A DNA stretch of 64,000 bases from Methanobacteriota archaeon (GCA_004195515.1 PSPR01000015.1:13609-77608), one strand, 5' to 3'. Shown: positions 8,255 to 17,726, counted from the stretch's first letter. Translations and numbers: made by a program. Notes: a model not told the origin generated them from the letters alone.

Positions 8255-9736
8255 ATGAAGGACTGGCTTAATCTATACGATTTTTTCTTCTACAAACTAC
8301 ATCATTTGATGGTTTGGTTAACCGAGGGTACCTTCCTTGAATCCTCCGGTGCTGACATCGGATTTTTCCTTGCTACCCTGATTATGTGTTTGATCACCTT
8401 TGGTGGAATAATGTCCTCGATGTTCGTCATCTTGTGGATAGAACGTAAATTCTACGCCCGAGTAAACGACCGACGTGGTGCGACTACCGCCCTACGATCG
8501 TTATGGGTCGGTGAAAACGGCGTTACCGCCGGCCAGTGGTGGAATATGGTTCCATTTGGATTGGGCAAGCCTATCGGTGCACTCAATGGCTGGTTAAACA
8601 GGGTCGCTGGTAATGATGGCCACAGCCATGAAATGGTAAACCGGGTCGGTAACCGTTCGTGGTATGGTGTTACAATTTTCCCAGGTTTCTTCCAGAATTT
8701 AGCCGACGGAATGAAGTTCATGATCAAGGAGCATATGGTTCCAGAGCGAGCGGACAAGGTCATTTTTGAGGTCGCACCATTCTTGGTTATTTCCTCGACT
8801 ATTATGATCCTTGGATTGGTTCCTCTATCGAGTGGCATCTATGGGGCAAACCCCGAATTATCGGTTTTATTCGCCTTTGCGATTTTCGGCATCGCACCTT
8901 TGGGTGTTTTCTTTGCCGGATGGTCATCCAATAACAAATACACACTTCTCGGTGGCATTCGAAGTGCAGCCCAATTGACCGCTTACGAAATCCCTCTATT
9001 GTTATCCATTCTCTCGGTTTGTATTATGGCAGGTTCATTCAACTTCTTAGAAATTGTTCACTTCCAACATTCAGCTGGAGTTTGGTTACTATTCTTGATG
9101 CCGCTAGGTGCTGTTTTGTTTCTGGTCAGCATGATGGCAGAGGTAGAACGGATTCCATTCGATATGCCAGAAGCGGAAGCAGAGCTGGTCGAAGGCTGGT
9201 GGACCGAATATGGCGGAATGAGATTCGGTCTATTATTCGCAGCCGAATACATGCGCGTTTATGCCGCTTGTATCCTCTTTGCTCACTTCTTCCTTGGCGG
9301 ATGGGCCTCACCCTTTGCGGGATTGGTCCCTGGCGGGCCACTAATTCCAGGAATAGTCTGGACCTTGCTCAAAGCTTGGTTCATATTCACTGTAATTTTC
9401 GTTTGGGCACGAACCGCATTACCGAGAATAAGAACCGACCAAATTTTGGAATTTGGCTGGAGAATGCTTCTGCCGCTTTCTTTCCTTCAGGTCGTTCTCG
9501 CGGTTATTTATCGCCTCTATCTTTTCGATGCTTCGGCATTGGCTGATACCACATCCGGTGGTTGGGCTTGGGATTTCATGGGCATTCCATGGGGCGTTCC
9601 GATCTTGACCACGGCATTCTGGGTCGGCGTATTCTGGGTTTTCATGAACGATGAGAATCTCGAGGAGGACCAAGAACGAATGTTCCACGTCCAGACCTTG
9701 ACCCCAGCGGGAAAACATACCGCAGGACAGGAGTGA
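8255..9736 (+). CDS. nuoH: NADH-quinone oxidoreductase subunit H, unusually long at 493 aa, with a loop insertion and a C-terminal extension
   Basis: 'ERK..AR...R.G', 'FQNLADGMKF..KE', 'NNKY.LLGG.R..AQ..YEIPL', 'AE.ER.PFD..EAE.ELV.G' NuoH/ND1 motifs. Confidence 0.9.
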   Translation: MKDWLNLYDFFFYKLHHLMVWLTEGTFLESSGADIGFFLATLIMCLITFGGIMSSMFVILWIERKFYARVNDRRGATTALRSLWVGENGVTAGQWWNMVPFGLGKPIGALNGWLNRVAGNDGHSHEMVNRVGNRSWYGVTIFPGFFQNLADGMKFMIKEHMVPERADKVIFEVAPFLVISSTIMILGLVPLSSGIYGANPELSVLFAFAIFGIAPLGVFFAGWSSNNKYTLLGGIRSAAQLTAYEIPLLLSILSVCIMAGSFNFLEIVHFQHSAGVWLLFLMPLGAVLFLVSMMAEVERIPFDMPEAEAELVEGWWTEYGGMRFGLLFAAEYMRVYAACILFAHFFLGGWASPFAGLVPGGPLIPGIVWTLLKAWFIFTVIFVWARTALPRIRTDQILEFGWRMLLPLSFLQVVLAVIYRLYLFDASALADTTSGGWAWDFMGIPWGVPILTTAFWVGVFWVFMNDENLEEDQERMFHVQTLTPAGKHTAGQE

Positions 9737-9747
9737 GGTGATTCAAA

Positions 9748-10716
9748 ATGGCAGCACATCCACACGGCAAACCAAACTTCCGAAACCTCTTCTGGTATCC
9801 TTTCAAGATTACCGGATTGACGGTATTGAGAACCTATGATTTCATCGGTCGTAGATTTTCATCCGGTTATCATAATACCACCCACCCCGAGTTTATCAAC
9901 GATGGTGATATTTTTAATTCTAAGAAGACCAAGCATCTCAACGACATCAGCAAACACGAGTACGCACCCGATCGAAGTGGAACCGATTTGACTCCGACTA
10001 TTTGGAAACCACAAACTGTCAATTATCCGTATGAACGACTCGAGGAGATCGAACCTTGGCTCTTCGTCCCCGGTAATTATAATGGCCGAATAGGAGTTAT
10101 TTGGGAAACCTGCACCGCTTGTAAGATGTGCGTTAACATCTGTCCTAACGCTTGTTTGCACATGACTACCGAATTGAGAGTCGACGTTCTTGATAACGCT
10201 GAAGGCGAATGGGAAGGACTCGGTGCTGAGATTGAGGTTGGCAAATTTGCGGCTATTGAAAACTTGGAAGCAAAAGCAGAGCACGAAACCTTCGTTCTCG
10301 CAACCGCACATACACAAGCGCCCCAAGAGTGGCGCTTTGGCGAGGTGCTCGACCTCAGCGGGACTAGCGCTCGAATGCGCTGGAACGATAGTGGCGACGA
10401 AGAGATGGTCGAATTATCATCACTTTACCCAGCCGACGACCAAATCGTATCCGGCCGGATCGATTTGGGCCGTTGTATGTTCTGTGGACTATGCATGGAG
10501 GCTTGCAGTTTCACTTCTTTCTTCATGACCAACGAATACGATGGAATGTCTGGATTTAGCCGCCAAGAATTATGGTTGGACGCAGACCGAACACGAGTTA
10601 TTCCAGGCGATCACCAAGAAGCAGTCGATGCCGAATTGGCAAAGCGAGCCAAAAAAGAACGAGATAAGCGAGCTAAGAAAGCAGCAAAAGCAGCAAAGGC
10701 TGCAGCGGAGGCTTGA
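9748..10716 (+). CDS. nuoI: NADH-quinone oxidoreductase subunit I (2x[4Fe-4S]), expanded to 322 aa, with an insert between the two cluster motifs and a Lys/Ala-rich tail
   Basis: CTACKMCVNICP and CMFCGLCMEAC ferredoxin motifs. 'VNYPYE' upstream as in NuoI. Correct operon position. Confidence 0.85.
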   Translation: MAAHPHGKPNFRNLFWYPFKITGLTVLRTYDFIGRRFSSGYHNTTHPEFINDGDIFNSKKTKHLNDISKHEYAPDRSGTDLTPTIWKPQTVNYPYERLEEIEPWLFVPGNYNGRIGVIWETCTACKMCVNICPNACLHMTTELRVDVLDNAEGEWEGLGAEIEVGKFAAIENLEAKAEHETFVLATAHTQAPQEWRFGEVLDLSGTSARMRWNDSGDEEMVELSSLYPADDQIVSGRIDLGRCMFCGLCMEACSFTSFFMTNEYDGMSGFSRQELWLDADRTRVIPGDHQEAVDAELAKRAKKERDKRAKKAAKAAKAAAEA

Positions 10717-10994
10717 ACATGGATATCGCAACCATTACCGAAACCGGTGTTTTCTTCTTGATGTGTACCATCGTAATAGGAGGTGCTCTCGGCCTAATCT
10801 ACATGCAAAGGGTCGCACATTCGATGATGTGTTTGATTTTCTGTTTCATGGGAGTGGCCGGAATTTTCATCTTGATGGGTGCTGAATTCTTGGCGATTGT
10901 CCAGATTTTAGTTTATCTAGCTAGTGTAATGCTGGTTGTTCTATTCGGAATAATGCTGACTAGAAGGCAGATCCTAGAGGAGGACTTTGAATGA
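10713..10994 (+). CDS. nuoJ: NADH-quinone oxidoreductase subunit J, N-terminal half (split nuoJ1)
   Basis: 'GAEFLAIVQILVYLASVMLVVLF' ND6/NuoJ core. ATGA overlap with the next ORF. Confidence 0.75.
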   Translation: MNMDIATITETGVFFLMCTIVIGGALGLIYMQRVAHSMMCLIFCFMGVAGIFILMGAEFLAIVQILVYLASVMLVVLFGIMLTRRQILEEDFE

Positions 10995-11263
10995 GATTAT
11001 TATCTATTTTGACTCGGGTTGGCCTGGTGTTTTTGGGAGCGATTCTCATCGCAATAGTCTCAGCCGATGCGGTATGGGAAAATCCGAGTGATGTTGAACC
11101 AACCACTATCGATTTGGCTTCAAGCCTTTTTGGAGATTGGGCGCTACCGCTCATAGCGGTTGGATTTTTGATGGCTATTGCAATGGTTGGCGCGGCTTAT
11201 TTGGTTCGGGATGAACGGCTTGTCAATCTACAATGGGAACTCACTGGAGGTGAGAAAGAATGA
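10991..11263 (+). CDS. nuoJ: NADH-quinone oxidoreductase subunit J, C-terminal half (split nuoJ2)
   Basis: C-terminal NuoJ-like 'LF.DWALP..AVG.L...AMVGAAYL'. Has its own SD (agaggagga) and ATG. Confidence 0.7.
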   Translation: MRLLSILTRVGLVFLGAILIAIVSADAVWENPSDVEPTTIDLASSLFGDWALPLIAVGFLMAIAMVGAAYLVRDERLVNLQWELTGGEKE

Positions 11264-11562
11264 TCGATCCAGCATATGTATCCGGTCTTTCAGCCATCTT
11301 ATTCATCATTGGGCTTTGGGGTGCTTTCAGCCGAAAGAACGCCATAGTCGTACTGATGTGTATCGAGTTGATGCTCAATGCAGTCAACTTACAATTCGTC
11401 GCAGCAGCTAGTTACTGGGGCGACGTCACAGGTTGGGTTTACGCAATTTTTGCAATCGCTATCGCAGCAGGAGAGGTCGCCATTGGATTAGCGATATTCC
11501 TGTCAATGTATGGTCAACACGAGACCATTTCTCTCGATGAGGTCGACCTGCTAAAGCACTGA
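11260..11562 (+). CDS. nuoK: NADH-quinone oxidoreductase subunit K
   Basis: 'IELMLNAVNL.F', 'AAGEVAIGLAI' ND4L/NuoK motifs. 100 aa, 3 TM. Confidence 0.9.
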   Translation: MIDPAYVSGLSAILFIIGLWGAFSRKNAIVVLMCIELMLNAVNLQFVAAASYWGDVTGWVYAIFAIAIAAGEVAIGLAIFLSMYGQHETISLDEVDLLKH

Positions 11563-11572
11563 GGTGATTATT

Positions 11573-13750
11573 ATGAGTTCTACAATTCTAGAATACGCAA
11601 TTCTAATCCCACTATTGCCAATGATGGCTTTCCCTGTCATCCTTTTCCTTGGTAAAATGTTCAACGGAACCCCTGGCTGGGTTGGCAAAATGAAGGAAGG
11701 CGGTTTTATCGCCCTTCCAGTTATGGGTGCATCTTTGATTTTATCCATTTGGCTAATCATCGATAGTTTACATGGCACCTCTGGTACCACGCTCTTCACT
11801 TGGTTCGAATCATCTTGGTGGGACCCTGCAACCGGGGCTATAACGACCAAGGTTTTCAATGTAGGAATCCATATCGATCACTTGACGATAATGCTATTAT
11901 TCGTAGCATCTTTCCTGTGTTTCCTCATCAATGTATTCTCGATTGGATACATGAATACCGACCCACTAAATGATAATCGCAATCATCGATTTTATGCCGA
12001 ATTCATACTGTTTTGCAGTGGAATGCTCGGAATGGTTTTGGCTGACTCCTTCCTTTGGTTATTCATCTTCTGGGAATTGATGGGTCTGTGTTCTTACCTA
12101 CTCATCGGATTCTATTACGAACGCCCAAGCGCTGCATATGCGGCTAAAAAAGCATTTTTGACCACTCGTGTGGGAGATGTATTCCTCATAATAGGATTGG
12201 TTATGCTTTGGAATCTATTCAACGGTCACCTCGAATATGCATATGTCTTCAATGCAAACAATATCGCTGCAGTCGATGCGGGAAGCCTTCAGTTAGCTTT
12301 GGGCATGATGTTCATCGGTGCGGTCGGTAAGTCGGCACAATTTCCGCTCCACGTTTGGTTACCCGACGCAATGGAAGGCCCAACCCCTGTCTCCGCTCTT
12401 ATCCATGCAGCAACTATGGTTAACGCAGGATTATACTTGGTTGCAAGAATGTTCCCATTCTTCGCTGCTACCCCGGTTGGCTCGATGAGCACTCTGGCGA
12501 TTATTATCGCCTTTATCGGAGGAATCACTGCGGTGATGGCGGCATTGATCGCCTTCGTCCAAATGGATATCAAGAAAGTCCTCGCATATTCGACTATGAG
12601 TCAATTGGCTTACATCTTTACCGGATTAGGTGCCGCAATGTGGTTGGCAAATAATGGACATATGGAAGCAGCGACCATCGCACTAGGCGCTGCTCTATTC
12701 CACCTGTTCAATCACGCTATGGCAAAAGGAATGCTATTCATGGCATCCGGCTCAGTCATCCATGAGATGCACCATGCACACCATGAAGCCCATCATCACG
12801 ACCATGGCGACGAAGATGATGACTTCGATGCTCAATCGATGGAAAATATGGGCGGCTTAGCCAGTCGAATGCCGATTACTGCAACCGCGATGTTCTTTGG
12901 TAGCATGTCGATTATCGGCATTCCATTCATCGGTGGATTTTGGTCCAAAGAAGGAATTATCGCTAAAACCTGGGAAGTCGCTTTCCTCGAACCCGCTTTC
13001 TTCATTCCAGCACTCTTCGTTCTATGTGGTGCGGGAATGACCGGATTCTACATGTCGAGAATGTGGTTGATGACATTTGCTGGCAAACCAAAAACCGAGG
13101 TTGCAGCCAACGTCCAGGAGCAAACCGCTTGGATTCCAATTCCTTTGGTCGCTCTGACCTTCATGACCTTGACCGCATTCATTTGGGCAGGACTAGAGGT
13201 GACAGGTTGGCTCGGAAATTACGATGGAGGTCACTTTATTGGATTCTTTGAGGGAATTTGGCTCGAATTGAAGCACATCTTCCTCAATCACGATATTTCT
13301 TTGCTACTGCTCACGTATGTGGCAATTGGATTATCGATGGTATTAGGACCGCTATATGCGATGAAACTCTACGGTGGACGACTGGACGATGGCCAGGTTG
13401 CAAAGCCTTGGATGAATTGGCTCATCAATCTCTCAGGTCGTATCAATGAAAAGTCCGAATTCGACAATAGCGCTTGGGCTAACTCGAGTTTGACCAAGAG
13501 TTTGCACAAGAGATTACACTTCGATGATGTTTATGATGCAGCAGTGCTCAAGATCGTCGTTGGATTCGCAAATCTCGCCGCTCTGTTCGATACTAAGATC
13601 ATCGATGGAGCGATCAAGGGGATCGAATCCACATCTCAGGATGCAAGTACCAAGGTCAGGTCTTTGACCACAGGTTCAGCCCGGGATTACATCATGATGG
13701 CAGCGCTTGGAACTCTGCTTATCTTCGGACTTCTTTGGGGGGTGGCTTGA
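11573..13750 (+). CDS. nuoL: NADH-quinone oxidoreductase subunit L (antiporter-like), with a His/Asp-rich loop insert
   Basis: 'WE.MGLCSYLLIGF', 'GAVGKSAQFPLHVWLPDAMEGPTPVSALIHAATMV' ND5 motifs. ATG 11573 lies 4 nt after GAGGTGAT; the track start at 11564 is the GTG inside the SD. Confidence 0.9.
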   Translation: MSSTILEYAILIPLLPMMAFPVILFLGKMFNGTPGWVGKMKEGGFIALPVMGASLILSIWLIIDSLHGTSGTTLFTWFESSWWDPATGAITTKVFNVGIHIDHLTIMLLFVASFLCFLINVFSIGYMNTDPLNDNRNHRFYAEFILFCSGMLGMVLADSFLWLFIFWELMGLCSYLLIGFYYERPSAAYAAKKAFLTTRVGDVFLIIGLVMLWNLFNGHLEYAYVFNANNIAAVDAGSLQLALGMMFIGAVGKSAQFPLHVWLPDAMEGPTPVSALIHAATMVNAGLYLVARMFPFFAATPVGSMSTLAIIIAFIGGITAVMAALIAFVQMDIKKVLAYSTMSQLAYIFTGLGAAMWLANNGHMEAATIALGAALFHLFNHAMAKGMLFMASGSVIHEMHHAHHEAHHHDHGDEDDDFDAQSMENMGGLASRMPITATAMFFGSMSIIGIPFIGGFWSKEGIIAKTWEVAFLEPAFFIPALFVLCGAGMTGFYMSRMWLMTFAGKPKTEVAANVQEQTAWIPIPLVALTFMTLTAFIWAGLEVTGWLGNYDGGHFIGFFEGIWLELKHIFLNHDISLLLLTYVAIGLSMVLGPLYAMKLYGGRLDDGQVAKPWMNWLINLSGRINEKSEFDNSAWANSSLTKSLHKRLHFDDVYDAAVLKIVVGFANLAALFDTKIIDGAIKGIESTSQDASTKVRSLTTGSARDYIMMAALGTLLIFGLLWGVA

Positions 13751-15472
13751 ATGAGCTCTACTGCAAATATGGAACTCAAGAGCAAGGAATTTGCATTGGT
13801 TGGCTTTTTGGCAATCGCCGTGGCAGTTTTAGCGGCATTATTCCCAAACCTTGGCGCTAATGCTGATGGCAATGTCGATTGGATCAGTATTCCATTGGTT
13901 GGATTCCCAATAATAGCGGGGGTTATTCTGCTGGCTTTCGCAAGTCAGGAGAGTCGAGCAACCCAAAAGAAAATCGCGGCGCCAATCCGCTTGGCAAGCC
14001 TTTGTTTCTCACTGATTCCGCTCGGGATCAGCACAGCTCTATTCTTCGATTGGCTAATCGCGGTCGATTGGGCTATCCTTGGATATAATGAGTATGTCTT
14101 GGATAGTCAATATCTTTGGATGGAATCGATTGGGGTTTCATGGCACGTTGGAATGGACGGATTGTCCTTCCCAATGGTTTGGTTAACCACATTTTTGGTC
14201 CCGATTACCATGATTATGACCTGGGATGAAAAAGACGGTGCAACCTATCACCCAATACTATTATTGATGGGTGGAGCATTGATTGGAGTATTCGTAGCAC
14301 TCGACTTATTTATGTTCTATATTTTCTGGGAATTGACCTTGATTCCGATGTTCTTCCTCATCTTAAAATGGGGCGGAAGCGACCGAAGATATGCGGCTCA
14401 GAAATTCTTCATCTACACATTTACCGCCTCTCTAGTAATGTTGCTGGGATTGATTACCCTTTACTTCCTTCAACCTGAAGGAAACGGACCTTTCCACGGA
14501 ACTATCACCGGTCGGACTTTCGATATGACCACGCTCTTTGCTAATGCGGCTGCATATAATTTGGGCGATAATGTATTCTTAGGATTGGAGATGCAAAAAA
14601 TTCTCTTCGTCCTATTGATGATCGGATTCTTGGTAAAATTACCAGCGGTTCCTTTCCATACTTGGCTGCCAGATGCTCACGTACAGGCACCGACCGGCGG
14701 TTCGATGATTTTGGCTGGTGTCATGCTCAAGATGGGCGCTTACGGAATAATGAGGATTCCAATCGCAATATTCCCCGATGCTTTGGTCTATTACCAAGAT
14801 GTCATCATGGCGATTGGCTTGATCTCATTGGTTTGGGGTTCGGTAGTTTGTCTTGGACAAACCAATCTCAAGAAAATGATCGCATATTCCTCGGTGTCTC
14901 ACATGGGAGTTATCCTTTTGGGAATCGCAAGTATGCAACCTTTGGGATATGCTGCAGCATTATTCATGATGTTCGCTCACGGAATTATCTCTCCAATGCT
15001 ATTCGCGGTATGTGGTGCTTTCAAGCATCATTACCACTCGATGGAAATAGGCGACATGCGCGGTATGGCCAAGTGGTCTCCATTCTTGTCGGTTTACATG
15101 ATGTTTGCTTGGATGGCAAGCCTAGGATTACCATTGCTGGCTGGCTTCGTTGCCGAATTGATGATTCTGCTCGCATATTGGCCAATTTACGGCTGGTGGA
15201 TTCTCTTGCCTGGAGCAGTATTAGCAATTACCGCTGGGTATTTCCTATGGTCGATGCAGCGCACGATTTTCGAGGGTGGAGATGAAGGTCAACCACCAGC
15301 ATCTCTCAACGGAGAAACCCCGCCAGACATTACGATGCCTGAAAATATTGGAATGATAATTTTGGCGGTTTTCACTGTAATTTTTGGTATCTTCCCATTC
15401 ATAGCACTAGGTATGATGGACGATTGGACTGTGGCTTTATTCGAAGGCGTCTTCAACAAAGGAGGTATCTGA
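13751..15472 (+). CDS. nuoM: NADH-quinone oxidoreductase subunit M
   Basis: 'FYIFWE..LIPMF', 'K.PA.PFHTWLPDAHV.APT.GS..LAGV.LK.G.YG' ND4 motifs. Confidence 0.9.
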   Translation: MSSTANMELKSKEFALVGFLAIAVAVLAALFPNLGANADGNVDWISIPLVGFPIIAGVILLAFASQESRATQKKIAAPIRLASLCFSLIPLGISTALFFDWLIAVDWAILGYNEYVLDSQYLWMESIGVSWHVGMDGLSFPMVWLTTFLVPITMIMTWDEKDGATYHPILLLMGGALIGVFVALDLFMFYIFWELTLIPMFFLILKWGGSDRRYAAQKFFIYTFTASLVMLLGLITLYFLQPEGNGPFHGTITGRTFDMTTLFANAAAYNLGDNVFLGLEMQKILFVLLMIGFLVKLPAVPFHTWLPDAHVQAPTGGSMILAGVMLKMGAYGIMRIPIAIFPDALVYYQDVIMAIGLISLVWGSVVCLGQTNLKKMIAYSSVSHMGVILLGIASMQPLGYAAALFMMFAHGIISPMLFAVCGAFKHHYHSMEIGDMRGMAKWSPFLSVYMMFAWMASLGLPLLAGFVAELMILLAYWPIYGWWILLPGAVLAITAGYFLWSMQRTIFEGGDEGQPPASLNGETPPDITMPENIGMIILAVFTVIFGIFPFIALGMMDDWTVALFEGVFNKGGI

Positions 15473-15473
15473 T

Positions 15474-17165
15474 ATGCAAACCGTCGAAGCTTTCAGCAGC
15501 GAATTCTGGACTGCATTTGCTCCAGAAACAGTATTGTTATTAGGTCTAGCAGCCCTATTTATCATTCCAAACCTTGGCAATGCAAAGTTGCGTATTCCAT
15601 TGACTCAAGTAAAGATTCCTTGGTTCTTTGGCGGCCGCCGATTCCGGTTGACCGGAGCAGCACACCTTCCTGGGTTGATTGCGGTTGGAACTCTATTCAG
15701 CGCGTTTTTCTTGGCGACTTGGAGCCAATTTGATGATACTTTTACTGCTACTGTCGTGGTTGCAGGTGATATTCAATTATTGAAGATCGATGCATTCTCA
15801 CGTCTGTTTGAGATAATTTTCCTCGGCGCGGTTTTCTTGGCGAGTATGGCTAGCCTAGACCGTGTACCTGCTACCATTTTTGAAGAAACAGATGAAATGG
15901 AAGAGATGTACGACAACCGTCGTCAAGCCGACTTGTATCTATTGATGTTAACAACAGCTCTAGGAATGAGTTTGGTCGCATTGGCTCAAGATATGTTCGT
16001 GCTTTTCATCGGTCTCGAATTAGCGAGTTTCGCAACCTATGTCTTGGTCGCTTTCCACAAGGAGTCCAAGGCTGGAGCCGAGGGCGGCGTCAAATATTTC
16101 ATCGTCGGTTCGGTTGCAAGCGCGGTTGGATTATACGGATTGAGCCTGCTCTATCTTTGGGCAGGCAGTCTCCAACTCGATGTTTTGGCCGCAACATGGT
16201 CGACAAATGGCAGCGAGGTCCTACCGATTGTTGCTTTAGGATTCATCTTGGTCGGATTCGGGTTCAAAGTTAGTGCAGCACCGTTCCACTTTGCTGCACC
16301 AGATGCTTATTCTGGAGCAAATAGCCCGGTTGCAGGTTTGCTTGCAACCGCTTCGAAAGGAATGGGAATTGTCGGATTAATCCGTGTACTCATCGTCATC
16401 GCAACACCAGATGTTGGTGCGGGAAGTGCGATTTGGTTGATCGCTTTAGCGGTATTAGCTGTAGTCACAATGACTTGGGGCAATATCGCAGCCCTAGGTT
16501 CGACCAATCCAAAGCGAATGCTCGCTTATTCATCGGTCGCTCATGCAGGATATATGCTCGCAGCATTGGCTGCGGTCGGTGCTTGGGTCAATGGAGATAT
16601 CGAAGGGCCAGAGGATTACGGCGCAGCGGTTATCGGAGCGGTTCTTTTCCATCTAACGGTACTGGTTGCTTTCAAACTTGGAGCCTTTTTGGTTCTGGGA
16701 CTTTTGGAGATGGAAGGTGGAGCATCTCGCCTCTCCTCTTTAGCAGGTTTAGGTCGTAGAGATCCATTATTGGCAACCTCGATGTTCATCTTTATGATGG
16801 CTCTAGCCGGGGTTCCACCATTGGCAGGATTCATGTCTAAATTCCTAATTATTGCTGGCTTGGTCAAAGTCGGAGTCGGTGAAATGTGGGCTGCAGGTGG
16901 ACCGGTTTCATTCGCGGATATTCATTGGGTTTGGTGGCTTGCTCTAGCAATGTTTGTCAACAGTGCACTCTCGGTATTTTATTATCTGAGAATTGGGGTA
17001 ATTATGTTTTTAGAACCTCCAGAAGAAGGTCGTCGCAAACCGTTACCTTATGGTATTTCTATCCGAATGACAATTTGGGTTTGTGTGGTCGCCACAATCC
17101 TATTAGGTGTGTCTGGTGACTTCTTGATACAACTGTGTTACTCCGCTGCAGAGACACTATTCTGA
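15474..17165 (+). CDS. nuoN: NADH-quinone oxidoreductase subunit N
   Basis: 'GLELASF..YVL', 'FKV.AAPFH...PD.Y.GA..PV', 'KRMLAYSS.AH.GY' ND2 motifs. Last gene of the operon. Confidence 0.85.
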   Translation: MQTVEAFSSEFWTAFAPETVLLLGLAALFIIPNLGNAKLRIPLTQVKIPWFFGGRRFRLTGAAHLPGLIAVGTLFSAFFLATWSQFDDTFTATVVVAGDIQLLKIDAFSRLFEIIFLGAVFLASMASLDRVPATIFEETDEMEEMYDNRRQADLYLLMLTTALGMSLVALAQDMFVLFIGLELASFATYVLVAFHKESKAGAEGGVKYFIVGSVASAVGLYGLSLLYLWAGSLQLDVLAATWSTNGSEVLPIVALGFILVGFGFKVSAAPFHFAAPDAYSGANSPVAGLLATASKGMGIVGLIRVLIVIATPDVGAGSAIWLIALAVLAVVTMTWGNIAALGSTNPKRMLAYSSVAHAGYMLAALAAVGAWVNGDIEGPEDYGAAVIGAVLFHLTVLVAFKLGAFLVLGLLEMEGGASRLSSLAGLGRRDPLLATSMFIFMMALAGVPPLAGFMSKFLIIAGLVKVGVGEMWAAGGPVSFADIHWVWWLALAMFVNSALSVFYYLRIGVIMFLEPPEEGRRKPLPYGISIRMTIWVCVVATILLGVSGDFLIQLCYSAAETLF

Positions 17166-17204
17166 GTATTAGCCTTCAAGTAGCAAGGGCGGCTGGCCCG
17201 CTCT

Positions 17205-17726
17205 ATGGGCCGTAGGCGCGAAGAGAAGGTCGACGAGGAAGAACTCGCTCGTTTGATGGGTGGAGGCAGCAGCGGAACCACAAAAATCCGTGTTAAAATG
17301 CCAAATACCAAAGTAAACGAAATGTTTGCGATCGCAGAAAATATCCTTGGCGGAAGACGTGTAACTGTCCTATGTGCTGATGGCGAGACCAGGATGGCTC
17401 GTATTCCTGGAAAAATGCGCCGACGCCAATGGGTTAGAGAGGGTGACTTGATCATCGTCTGGCCTTGGGATTTCCAATCTGCCAATGCTAAAGACAAAAA
17501 AGCGGATGTAAAGCACCGCTATACCAAAACTCAAGCAATGTATCTTTCAAGAACCGGCTTATTGCCTGCAGATGTCGATTTATTCGGCATGAATGCCGCA
17601 AACGATGATTTCGATGATTCTGATGGATTGTTTGCCTCATCTACACCGGTCGAGGAAGAAAATCCTGAACAAGAAGTTCCAGACACCGAAGAGGATGACG
17701 ACGAGATCGACGACCTATTCGGTTGA
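17205..17726 (+). CDS. eif1a: Translation initiation factor aIF-1A (S1/OB fold) with an acidic C-terminal tail
   Basis: 'E.F.....LGG.R..V.C.DG..R.ARIPGKMRRR.W.REGD...V.PW' eIF-1A signature. Confidence 0.9.
   Translation: MGRRREEKVDEEELARLMGGGSSGTTKIRVKMPNTKVNEMFAIAENILGGRRVTVLCADGETRMARIPGKMRRRQWVREGDLIIVWPWDFQSANAKDKKADVKHRYTKTQAMYLSRTGLLPADVDLFGMNAANDDFDDSDGLFASSTPVEEENPEQEVPDTEEDDDEIDDLFG

Noticed and set aside
7104-8255. Absence of nuoE/F/G between nuoD and nuoH as a deletion event
   Set aside because: nuoD stops 11 nt before the nuoH ATG, with an intact SD and no remnant sequence. The 11-subunit form is the normal archaeal state.
10991-10994. Split nuoJ as another frameshift or pseudogene
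   Set aside because: The junction is a clean ATGA overlap, with its own SD (agaggagga) before the second ATG. Both halves look complete, and a split nuoJ1/J2 is a known archaeal arrangement. This differs from the nuoB case, where a conserved motif is missing.
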